Source: Macrostomum lignano
Taxonomy: Eukaryota
NCBI GenBank assembly: GCA_002269645.1
Contig: NIVC01000275.1
Span: forward strand, 62,001 to 126,000
Direction of reading: 5' to 3'
DNA: 64,000 nucleotides
Positions 1-10,900 of this stretch are shown here, one piece after another (the first letter of the stretch is position 1; the number at the start of each line of letters is the position of its first letter). A model generated the notes under the pieces. It was given only the letters and a program-made list of their open reading frames with translations, ran no database searches and had not been told where the DNA came from. Made by a program: the position numbers and the translations under genes.

Positions 1-564
1 AGATGGTCTATATCTATTGATTTTATATATCTATTCTAGGCCTATTGATTATCTATGAGTCTATGACTATGATTTAATTGTATATATAAGCCTTAGGCTA
101 TTAGATTATGAATATGATAAATTTTATGAACTTGAATTTAATACTTTACTTCAGTAGAGCTTATGATTAGATAGACCTTTAGATTCTTATAATTTGCATT
201 TGTATTATATCTATAGATTATATATACAAGTACAACTAAATAAACACAAGGCTACCGCTTAACTCATACTTAACATTCTAAGAAAGAGTGAAGACTCTGA
301 AGAGTCAAGAGTGAAGATGTCAAAATAAAAAAGTTGAAGTTTAATGTTTATACTAATATACTAGATAAATTAAAATTATCATCATTCATCATTGATTAAA
401 AAGGCCAAATTTAATGTGATCAAAGATCAAATGATTTTTATATAACTTTTCATATATTATAATATCTTACAGACCGCACCTAAACCGCACCTACTTTTTT
501 AATTTCAGGGTGCGATTTTAAAATTTAGGGTGCATACGCACACTCTGCGCACAAAAAAAAACCC

Positions 565-715
565 TGGTAGCGCAACCATAAATTTTTTGAGGGGGGGGGG
601 CAGATTCTGGAGGGTAAAGTCCCAGGAGGGGAGGCAAAAAGGTGGCTTTGTTTTTGGCAAAAAATTGCTTGGCCTATCTATTTTTTGGGTCTTTGCCTAA
701 GGGGGGGACTGCCAT
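565..715. repeat. Dispersed ~150 bp repeat, copy 1 (copy 2 at ~4572-4724), probable MITE fragment
   Basis: GTAGCGCAACCATAAA..GGGGGCAGATTCTGGAGGGTAAAGTCCCAGGAGGGGAGGCA..GGTCTTTGCCTAAGGGGGGG occurs at both loci. Confidence 0.75.
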
Positions 716-863
716 TTAGTAGTAGTAGTAAGAGAATTTGGCTCAGGCTTTTGGCTTTCGCTATTTATTATTGAGCTATATACGAAAAAAAAATTATTAG
801 TGTCTTTGATTGGCAAAGACAGGATTAGATCGAGTTTCAGCAGAAGCACAGGCACAGACTGAA

Positions 864-2117
864 CTAGTCCTTCGGCTGGCTGCCCAAGGTTATAGGTTCG
901 AGTCCGGCCAGCTCCAGCTGCAGTTCCCGCTCCCAATCATTGTAAACAATTTCAACGACATCATCACCGACCTCGGCCTCAAGAGCCTCTCTGGACGGCA
1001 CTCGCTCAAAGCTATCGCTGCTGCAGGCTGACGAGCATTCAGAGGCCTCGGCAGGCGAATGCGCTCTCGCTTCCCTAGCAACAGTTGCTAGGGCTGGAGT
1101 GGATACTGAGAGCTGCGCGGAGCGGCGGATCACGCTAACCTGAGGTTGGGAAATGTTAACATTGTTTCCAAATACGGCTGGCCTAGCAGGGGACTCTGGG
1201 GAGCTAGCAGGGGACACTGGGGGCTAGCAGGGGACACTGGGGGGCTAGCAGGGGACTCTGGGGGCTAGCAGGGGACTCTGGGGGCTAGCAGGGGACTCTG
1301 GGGGCTAGCAGGGGACTCTGGGGGGCTAGCAGGAGACTCTGGGGGCTAGCAGGGGACTCTGGGGGCTAGCAGGGGACTCTGGGGGCTAGCAGGGAACACT
1401 GGGGGGCTAGCAGGGGACTCTTGGGGCTAGCAGGGGACACTGGGGGGCTAGCAGGGGACACTGGGGGCTAGCAGGGACACTGGGGGGCTAGCAGGGGACA
1501 CTATGGCGGCTAGCAGGGGACACTTTGGCGACTAGCAGGGGACTCTGGGGGCTAGCAGGGCACATTGGGGGCTAGCAGGAGACATGGGTAGTGGGTAGCT
1601 ACAGCATCACTTAACAGGCATGAAAGAGGCACAGCCAGCCAGCAGCCAAGACTCAGCTCCATACCCTATAGAAATAATTCCTCCAGAACTGCTCCTCGGC
1701 CAGCCGCCTCGGCACCAGCCTGAATCGCATCTGCCTGAGCGCCGGGTCGGCCTCCAGCGCGGCCATAGCCGATGGCAGTACCGGCTCCAAGCAGAACTCG
1801 AAGCCGCAGCTGGCAGGCGGTGGGCGGAGAAAATTGCGAGGATCCTCAGCCAGCGATAAAATCTGATTGCGCGGACCCGGCTCCAGGCCAGACCAGGGCG
1901 GCTCTGCAGCGGCCGAGGAGGCCAGAGAAGCTTGCTGTTGCTGCTGCTGCTGCCCAGAGTCGGTGACGGCCATGGCAGCAGCGGCAGCGGCAGCCGCAGT
2001 AGAAGCCACAGCGCTGGTGGCCCGCCGGCCCAGACAGTAGAGTGTGGTGCCCCAGCTCTTGGCAGCACTGCCTAGACTGGCTTGGCGTGGACTAGGCGCT
2101 GATGCGTCAGCTAGCAT
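864..2117 (-). CDS. SYAP1: Synapse-associated protein 1 (SAP47/SYAP1)-like, BSD domain; exons ~2117-1665 and 1139-864
   Basis: Translation PPW..QILSLAEDPRNFLRPPPA..MRFRLVPRRLAEEQFWRNYFYR splices (AGG|GTATGG at 1664, CAG|GTT at 1140) to VSVIRRSAQLS, matching the SYAP1 FWRNYFYRVSLIKQSAQL motif. Stop TAG at 864-866. The true start may lie in an upstream exon. Confidence 0.85.
1183..1585. repeat. ~19-21 bp GC-rich minisatellite (CTAGCAGGGGACTCTGGGGG) filling the SYAP1 intron
   Basis: About 20 tandem copies read directly. Confidence 0.95.
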
Positions 2118-3938
2118 GGCCAGAGTTGGCGTCTGGAAGAGCTCTGACTGAGTGATCAACAATTGAAAGTAGAGTTCCACTGTAACCAAAAATTTCCCAT
2201 AATTTATCCATAGCTAAATAATTATTTATTGTACAAAAATGGCTGGGACTGCATTTATCTTAACTTGAGTCACCAACCACCCCAACCACACAATTCACAT
2301 GTGGCATTGAAAATCTGTTGCCTAAGTCCTCAACTTTTAGGACAAAAGAAGAGTTCATCTCATAAAAAGCATTGAAACTTGCAAAGCATTCAGGTAAAGA
2401 TGATATTTACTTGTCTATTACACCTAAGATTTAGGACTTGGACTCCAAGGATAAGGCCAATTTCGAAGAAGAAAAAATTAAATTATAGAACAATAAGAAG
2501 CCTAGAATATTATATTTGAATATGATAACAATCAACTACATCCATGTATTAAATTTCTAGGAACAAATGGTTGCAATTCATCTTGGAATCTACCAGATCA
2601 AGCTAATAAAAATGCATCTTTTATTGAGAAGTTCTTGACAGGCAACAATTTTTAGCGTATTTTGGACTACAAAAATGCGAGAGCTTGGAAAGAGCTTATG
2701 AATGTTTAAGAGCCAGATATGTTACCCAAGATAGTTTAATAGAAGGACTGTAGCCCAAATGAAATTTGAAAATCTGTGGGTTTTTGTGCCTGCACAATAT
2801 ATAAGGCTAAATAAGAAGCCTAAATTGAATATTTACTAGTCAAAATTTTTTCAATCACTTCTCATATTTAAGCCAACCTTCCTACCTTTCTTATAATCAG
2901 TTTAAAAATATCATAGGCTTTATACAATTCTATAATTACAATCCCAAGAACCTAGATAATGCAATTTATAAAAATTAACCTTTTTTGCTTATGCTTGCAG
3001 CTTAAAACCTTTGTCAAACCAACTACATACTTTGCTATCAAGTATCAACATTGGCAAAAGACTAATACTATATAAAGGCAGTCAGATTTTAAGTAATATA
3101 TCTTAAAATAGAGTAGATATTAAGGTATTAACTTTACTGCTTTTGTAAATCCAATAGTGGCTATCTATAGAACCTAGCTATGTATTTTATATATTATTTG
3201 TCAAAAGAAAACTTGAAGATTGGTATCAACCTCAATTGCAATAAGGTTATTATTGAGCTATCTCAAAACTTGCTCAACTTAGGCTATTATATCCTTTTAA
3301 ATAGCTAGTTTGGCTCAAATTGCTTAGCCACTAGAGTAGGCCCTAGCATTTTGCTAATAGCATGACATATAAAGAAAGCATTATCAAGAATATATACTCA
3401 ATAGCATAAAATGATGGTCACTTTACCTTTGAGTGTCTAATAAATTCTAGCTTAGCATTGACTTTGAATGATAAAACTTGTACCACATGACAGTTGGGCT
3501 AAATAAGAAAAAATTGAAGAGTAGATAGCAAAGATTAGATATATGGATTAAAGATTCTTTCTAGGCCTAGTTTTTATTTTTTAATCATTAATATAAAAAA
3601 GAATGGCTAGGTGTTAGACTCCATTTGAAAGATATTCGGGCAAAGGATAGCAACTTTTTAATATTATTAAGTATATTCACTTGGCTACATTCTCAATTAA
3701 GAAGAGCCCCACCTGCCTAGGCAGTGAATGAATAGTTGCTAAGTAATATATTGCTAGTTTTTTTTCAACAAATATTATTATTAGCTTATAAAGGCGTAAA
3801 GATAAAGGAAATTGCTGAGAAAAGCAAAAATCACTCTAGCTAAGTTGATAATAAAGACTTGATCATTTAAAGTAAGCTTAGCACTCATCAAATAGTCTCC
3901 AAGATATAAAAGCATTTTGATAGTAAGGCAAAGGCAAA

Positions 3939-4437
3939 TAGGGATTGCAATCCTGGGATTCCAAAATCCTAGGATTGGGCCCAAATCCCAGGATTTCCAG
4001 TCCTAGGATTTGGGGTGCCAAATCCCAGGACTAATTTTTATTATTGTTTTTACAAAAAGTGCTATAATATGAACATAATTGGGCCCACAACTAGTTTATT
4101 ATACTGAACTAATTTCCATTAATTGCCTCATGTCACATGGCACCTTTTTTAAACCCCGCATTATAGATTTAAATGTGAAATTTATTCCTATATAAATTTT
4201 GATATATGATTTGCTTTTTTACTACTAATTAGTACTTTTACTTACTTGATTAAATACATCACAAGATAATGCTGCTTTCATTTACAAAAAGATCATTATC
4301 TCTAGTACAATCAAAAATAGAAGCAAAAATATATTTAGTGCATATTTTGCCTTGAAATTTCAACCCAAAAGCTTAAAAATCTGTATTTTTCTGATCCTAA
4401 TCCTAGGATCACAAAAAACTGGTATTTTGCAATCCCA
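3939..4437. mobile_element. hAT-like MITE
   Basis: Termini TAGGGATTGCAA and TTGCAATCCCA are flanked by the 8-bp direct repeat AAGGCAAA (3931-3938, 4438-4445), with subterminal ATCC(C/T)(A/G)GGAT repeats. Confidence 0.8.
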
Positions 4438-4571
4438 AAGGCAAATATAGGCCTAAGCTAAGGCCTAATCAAGAGAACATCAATAAGAAAGAAAAATAGA
4501 AAGTACATAAAGAATATAAGGAACAATCAAATTGATATAACATGGAAGCATACATATAAGATGCTTACTAT

Positions 4572-4724
4572 CAGTAGCGCAACCATAAAATTTTGGGGGG
4601 GGCAGATTCTGGAGGGTAAAGTCCCAGGAGGGGAGGCAGAAGGGTGGCTCTGTTTTTGGCAAAAATTTGCTTAGCCCATCTATTTTTTTTTGGTCTTTGC
4701 CTAAGGGGGGGGCAACTGCCATTT
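4572..4724. repeat. Dispersed ~150 bp repeat, copy 2
   Basis: Near-identical to 565-715. Confidence 0.75.
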
Positions 4725-4725
4725 T

Positions 4726-4810
4726 AAAGTGGAAAAGTGAAAAGTTCCTATCTTGCTAGTATATTTTTCTGTGAAAATCAGCCTTTAATAATTTTCCAAG
4801 AAACAAAGTG
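4726..4810. repeat. Dispersed repeat fragment, also at ~6536-6620
   Basis: AAAAGTGAAAAGTTCCTATCT(C/T)GCTAGT..GTGAAAATCAGCCTTTA is shared by both loci. Confidence 0.7.
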
Positions 4811-5567
4811 TCCCATCCTTTTTTTCCTAGTGGTCCTTGATTGAAAGCCAGTTAAGCCACCACCATCTAGGGGTTAGAGGTATAGGCATAGCCAGAGAGT
4901 GGATGCAAATTCACATCTAAATGAAATAAATGTATTTGATATGGTAGACCTAATCTCAAATTTTCAAGGGTCCAATACATACTAACTAAGCATTTGGCTT
5001 AGGCTTTAAAAATAATTAATAAGAAAATCCATAATCAATAAGCCTATCATCTAGATATCACATAGGTTCAAAAATTAAAACTAAACCCTAAGTGTGACCA
5101 CAAAGATTTTTGAAAAAGAAATAATACAACAATTGTCAAACAATGCAAGTATTAGAGGGCCTAGGTATACAATATGTATTAAAATGTTGCAAAAATTCAT
5201 GTTTTATATCAAATGAAACATTTGAATTAACTTGAATTTTACAATATCTGTTTAATCAAATACATCTATTAACTATTTATCAGCAATAGGCCCTATATCA
5301 TTAAAAAAACAATTGGCTATAATTATATAGCCAATTCACTGCTTATTTATTTTAGTTTTATACTTTTATATAAAATAAGTATTTAAATGTAGCTATCTTA
5401 GCAATACTAGCTATGTCTAGACCTAGTTACATTACATGCTTTATGTTTATCAAGACAGGATCTATTTTGCTAGCCTAAGAATTGACACTATTTTAAAATA
5501 AATGTATGAATCCAAGCAAATGATTTTAACCAAGCTTGTTCTCTCTTATTTTTAAACTTAGGCTTTT

Positions 5568-6306
5568 GGCAATCCACACTTCTGTTTGGTAAATTATTCG
5601 TACATTTGAATTCGTACCACCAAGTCAAATGATGTTGATTGGCAATGTGTCTATGGCCAAGTCTATGTCTATGTGAGGTCGAGATCAACGAGTCGAAATT
5701 TATGCATCGTAAGTATCATTAGGGGGCCTGGCGCGAGGGCCACTGGGTCCTGGGTATGGTCGAGCGTGGCTCCAACAAGTGCATGATGACAGTCATTCCT
5801 GATCGCTCTGCTGCCACCTTGGTACTAATCATCCAACAGTTTGTACTACTGGGTACGCGCATCATCACCGATGGATGGTTGGCATATACTGGTCTACCCA
5901 ACCATGTCTCGGTGAACCATCAGCTGCACTTCGTAGATCCAGCGGACCCAACAGTCCACACCAACACCATGGAGGGCACATGGGCCCATGCGAAGCGCAA
6001 GATCCGCAACATGCATCATGCATGGCACGAGCGACGCTCTCTTCAATGCATACATTGAGGAATTCCTCTGGCATTGTCTGTATCCCCAATGTCCATTTGG
6101 GGCTATCCTGTACTGGATTGGACATTACTATCCATTGTAGACACCTTAATGACCTGCAGACACACTCTAAGTGACTTAGACTATGCACTCTAACAGACTG
6201 CTACCATGTTCCACTGTTTCAGTTTTGTTTGGTTACATTGTTATTTAACACGCCTGTTCAAAATTCAGTGTCAAAATAATTTACCAAACGGAAGTGTAGG
6301 ATTGCC
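5568..6306 (+). mobile_element. Internally deleted Merlin (IS1595/ISXO2-like) DNA transposon
   Basis: ~31-bp TIRs GGCAATCC(T)ACACTTC(T/C)GTTTGGTAAATTATT, 8-bp TSD AGGCTTTT (5560-5567, 6307-6314) and an internal transposase remnant. Confidence 0.88.
5678..6075 (+). pseudogene. Merlin/ISXO2-like DDE transposase remnant
   Basis: VEINESKFMHRKYH*GAWREGHWVLGMVERG..IITDGWLAY..VNHQLHFVDP..VHTNTMEGTWAHAKR. There is an in-frame stop before the ORF-track start and a frameshift near 6020 before ..AYIEEFLW. Confidence 0.85.
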
Positions 6307-7454
6307 AGGCTTTTATTATATTAATAACTATTATCTTTACTTTAGCTAGCTATTCTATTATTTCTTAAAATTCAAGTTAGTCACTAGTTAGCTAATTAGC
6401 TTTAGCCTTTAGACGACTAAAATAATATGAAGATCAATTATTCATGAAAAAAATCTTTATAAAATCTATCGAAGCAACATGTTTTGTAATTTATATCAAA
6501 AGAAGAGCTTTTTATCTGCTTCCAATAAAAAGCTTAAAGTGAAAAAAGTGAAAAGTTCCTATCTCGCTAGTGTATTTTTCCGTGAAAATCAGCCTTTATT
6601 AAATTTTCGAAGAAACGAAGGGTTTTCAATTCGACAAGACTCTGTTGTTTTATTTTTTAAAGCAACAAAAAGTAAAATAAATTGAGGCTAGGCCTATAAA
6701 AGTTTTTGATAACTTAAATAGAAGAACACTATAAATTGGTTAGATAATTTGATTTAGTACTAAGAAATTCGCACAAAAATGACTACAGAATTTCCTTAGA
6801 ATTGTGCCGTTACAGTTTTATTATTATATGCATGGAAGAAACACTGAATTTCGAAATATAAGTATCCGAATATCCGATTAAAAGTGGTTATTTTTTTACT
6901 TTTAGCTCTATGTGTTCATACATTTTTGTCTCATTTTTTATAATGATGTAAGGATTTTCCTTTTCTTAATAAAATTTTGCTCTGTCTTTTTCTATGTCAT
7001 ACACTTGCCTAGAGATTGAGACTCAGAGACAGAGTAATATAATAGTAATAGCTAGCTCAAAATTTAAGTAAATTTTTTGGCAGCTTTCTTTTTGTTATAT
7101 TGGATAGCCTGAAACAATTAAACTAACTAGCCTGTACGCTAGTTTTGTATTTTTATAAGTTCAAGTGTAGTTAGTTATGTTCTTTGGGTCTCCAATTAGC
7201 AATGACTAGCAATCTAGTGCGGCCCCCCTTCGGGGCGCCCAATAAGAAAGGAGCAAAAATAGTTCACGGAAAACAATAAAAAAGCAAATTTTCTTAAACA
7301 CCAATTCCTTCTTCACTTTTAAAAATCACCTTAGCTTGTATTTGGGTAAAATTGTCACGGACAAAGATGTTTAAAAAGTGAAAGAATCACTTTTTCTCTA
7401 AAATTAACAAACAGACAACAAAATATAGCTTCCCCTAAATAGAAAATATTCCCA

Positions 7455-7790
7455 AGACAGCAAGCACCCCCCTCCAAAAGTAAACAACCGCAGATAGCAA
7501 GCATCCTCTAATGCTCATAGCAAGCATCACCCCAGATAGCAAGCATCTGCAGATAGCAAGCATCTGCAGATAGCAAGCATCCTGCAGATAGCAAGCACCC
7601 CCCCAGATATTATCGAAGCATCCACCCAAATAGCAAGCATCCTGCAGATAGCAAGAATCCCTAAATAGCAAGCATCCCTGGATAGAAAGAATCCCATACA
7701 TGTAGCCAGTACCCCCCCCCTCCCAAATAGCAAGTATCCCCCCTCGAGAGCAAGCATCCTCCAGATGGCAAGCATCCGCGAGACAGCAAG
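7455..7790. repeat. Degenerate minisatellite (GATAGCAAGCATCC core)
   Basis: The core recurs many times with variable spacers. Confidence 0.8.
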
Positions 7791-7945
7791 TAGCTAGTGC
7801 AAATGTTACCTCCGCAAATGCAATAATCGCTTTCTCAGGTTGTGCAACATCTAAGTATGTTTTTTACTGTAGTGTTAAAAAATTCTCAAATATCCTTTTC
7901 AGCCGCAACATCATATTCAGAAGAAACATTGTAGTTTAAATAGAC

Positions 7946-10900
7946 ATGGATAAAGCACTCGACGGTGGCTGGGGCTGGATGATTGTCCTAGCCGTCCACT
8001 TCATGCACTTTTTAACTGGCGGACTTGACAGAGCAACAGGAGTTTTCTACCGTGAAATTCTCTATGACATGCAAGAGTCTTCCGCATCGACAGCTGGATT
8101 TACTGCACTGCTTTTTTCCTCCAGGTTTCTTAGCGGTGAGTTAAAGATCTGAATCCCTGTGTTATTACTCTGTGAACGTTTCTCAGACAGGGATGTACAT
8201 GCATGAATGTTTTAACATTTATTTCGTGCAAAATATTTTTATCAAGGCCCAGTAGCGGGGGTACTATGCAAGTTTTTCTGCTGTCGAAGAGTAATGATGG
8301 CTGGAGGCCTCATATCCTTCGTCGGCGTGCTGCTGAGCTCGTTCTGCCGCAGTCTGTCGCTCATCTACCTGACCCTTGGTTTCATGACGGGAGTCGGCAA
8401 CGGCCTCGCCTACACTTCTGGCCTCTTGGCTGTCAACGACTACTTCAGCCGACGCAAGGCCACCGCCCTCGGCTTGGCGACCGCGGGCACTGGAGTGGGC
8501 AGCTTCGTGCTGCCTCTGCTCACCCAGTACCTCATCCAGGTGTACTCATTCCGCGGCTGTATGCTCATTCTGAGCGGTCTGTCGCTCAATCTGGTGGTGT
8601 GCGGCGCTCTGCTTTACCCGCTGCCGCAGGCTGCAGTCGGTGAGGAAAAGCCCGCCGAGTCAGTGGCACTGCGGGCAGTGGAAGGCGCAGAGAAGAATGG
8701 AGTCGGAATGAAACCCGATGAGGAACATTCTGCCAAGCAACCAGTGTCAGCTGATGCACAGCCGTTGCAAACAGCTGACCCTGCACCTGTGAGCCCCTGT
8801 CGTCGGTTCTTCATCCAGTTGTGGGAGAATTTCGACCTGAAACTGTTCCTCAACTGGCAGTTCAGCGTGTACGCGCTGGCGGCTCTGTTCATCTCTGCCG
8901 GCTTCAAGCCTGTCGCGGTGATTTTGCCGCACCACGGCCAGCTCAGGGGCCTGACCAGAACCACCTCCGTGCTGCTGATCTCCATTGCTGGTGAGCTGTT
9001 TGCAAGCAATCTGCGGATAAAGCAATAATTTCCTGAACTGGTGCAATGGGGGCATGGGGTAGCTCAGCCGTCTCGCTCTCGATCCACGACCCCCCTGAGT
9101 TCGTGCGATTCACGCCTGCTTGGAGAGCCAACTTCCAAGACAGAGATAGTGTACAGAGTTAGGGTTCCTTAGGTGGGTTCCGATACTCTTTCATCTTTTA
9201 TACTACGTACATTCCCTGTTCCTAAAAATCATAAAAATGCATGGCACTTACTTGACTTAGCTGCAGGGGGCTCCGTGCGTCCGGAAACAGCGAGGAGGCG
9301 TTGCCGCCCATTTCGCTAATCCCTGGCGACCACGGGCAGCTAGTGCTGCGGTGTCGCGCAGGGAGTTCCGGTGGTGCCGGTGTCCGCAGCGCGGTCCCCC
9401 TCCGGAGAGTCCAGGAGGTGGATTGTCGCTCGCCCAGTAGCCCTTAGGTAGCGGACGAGCTAGCAGAGGTTCTTGGGCCTGAAAACGTCGGAGAGGTCCG
9501 GGTTTGGGCCGAGGTAGGTAAGCCTGTCCTGAGTAAAGGCGGGGCATTCACAGATAAAGTGCTCGCATTCTCGACACCGGATAGGCAGAATGGGCATCCC
9601 TCACTGCGGATTTTTCCATGGAGGTGACGACGTCTGGAAAAACAGCCATGACCCGAGAGGGCCATGGTCACCGCCCTGATGTCCCTGCGGTTGAGTCCAA
9701 GCAGGGCCTCCCTGCGCAGGGCGGAGGAAGGACAGAGGACAGCCGCGCGGGATTGCCGGCAGTCTGGGGCGATTGCCCACCTCTCCCTGGGCTTTGAAGC
9801 CACCCACTGATTGATCCTAGTGGTGACAACGGCGATGTAAATGCATGGCACAGCTCGACTCATTGATTTTTTGAATCTATTTTATCATCTCTGTTACACA
9901 TATTGTTACACAGTCAGCTAAGAATGATAAAATAGATTTATGAAACCGATGAGCCGAGCCGTGTCATGTTAATGGTTCTTAAGCACAGGACATGTACAAT
10001 TGTACGTAGAATAAAAAATTAACACAGAATCCTAATTTTCTAAACGAAAAGCTCTATGAATATCAATGGAGCTATACGAAGGGCAAAACATATCAAAAGA
10101 TGAACACTGGGTCTGCCTCCTGCTCCTAAAATTTTCTAAGAAACGAGGTTTCCCGTCATTTTACTTGATCGTAGTCCTTGACGGGTTGTCGTGCAATTCA
10201 CAGCCACCAGGGCCAGGGGTTTCCCGTCCTTTTACTTGATCGTAGTCCTTGGCGGGTTGTCGTGCGATTCACAGCCACCAGGGCCAGGGGTTTCCCGTCC
10301 TTTTACTTGATCGTAGTCCTTGACGGGTTGTCGTGCAATTCACAGTCACCAGGGCCAGGGGTTTCCCGTCCTTTTACTTGATCGTAGTCCTTGGCGGGTT
10401 GTCGTGCGATTCACAGCCACCAGGGCCAGGGGTTTCCCGTCCTTTTACTTGATCGTAGTCCTTGGCGGGTTGTCGTGCGATTCACAGCCACCAGGGCCAG
10501 GGGTTTCCCGTCCTTTTACTTGATCGTAGTCCTTGGCGGGTTGTCGTGCGATTCACAGCCACCAGGGCCAGGGGTTTCCCGTCCTTTTACTTGATCGTAG
10601 TCCTTGACGGGTTGTCGTGCAATTCACAGCCACCAGGGCCAGGGGTTTCCCGTCCTTTTACTTGATCGTAGTCCTTGGCGGGTTGTCGTGCGATTCACAG
10701 CCACCAGGGCCAGGGGTTTCCCGTCCTTTTACTTGATCGTAGTCCTTGGCGGGTTGTCGTGCGATTCACAGCCACCAGGGCCAGGGGTTTCCCGTCCTTT
10801 TACTTGATCGTAGTCCTTGGCGGGTTGTCGTGCGATTCACAGCCACCAGGGCCAGGGGTTTCCCGTCCTTTTACTTGATCGTAGTCCTTGGCGGGTTGTC

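Noticed and set aside
7212-7236. GC hairpin next to CTAG as a Helitron 3' end
   Set aside because: On the minus strand CTAG is followed by A rather than the expected T, and I found no 5' TC end or Rep/Hel sequence.
10147-10300. 71-bp unit as a tandem tRNA or hammerhead/HDV ribozyme
   Set aside because: It ends in CCACCA and has a GTGCGATTC B-box-like word, but no acceptor stem or cloverleaf forms. The reverse strand has CTGTGA rather than CTGANGA and no valid cleavage triplet.
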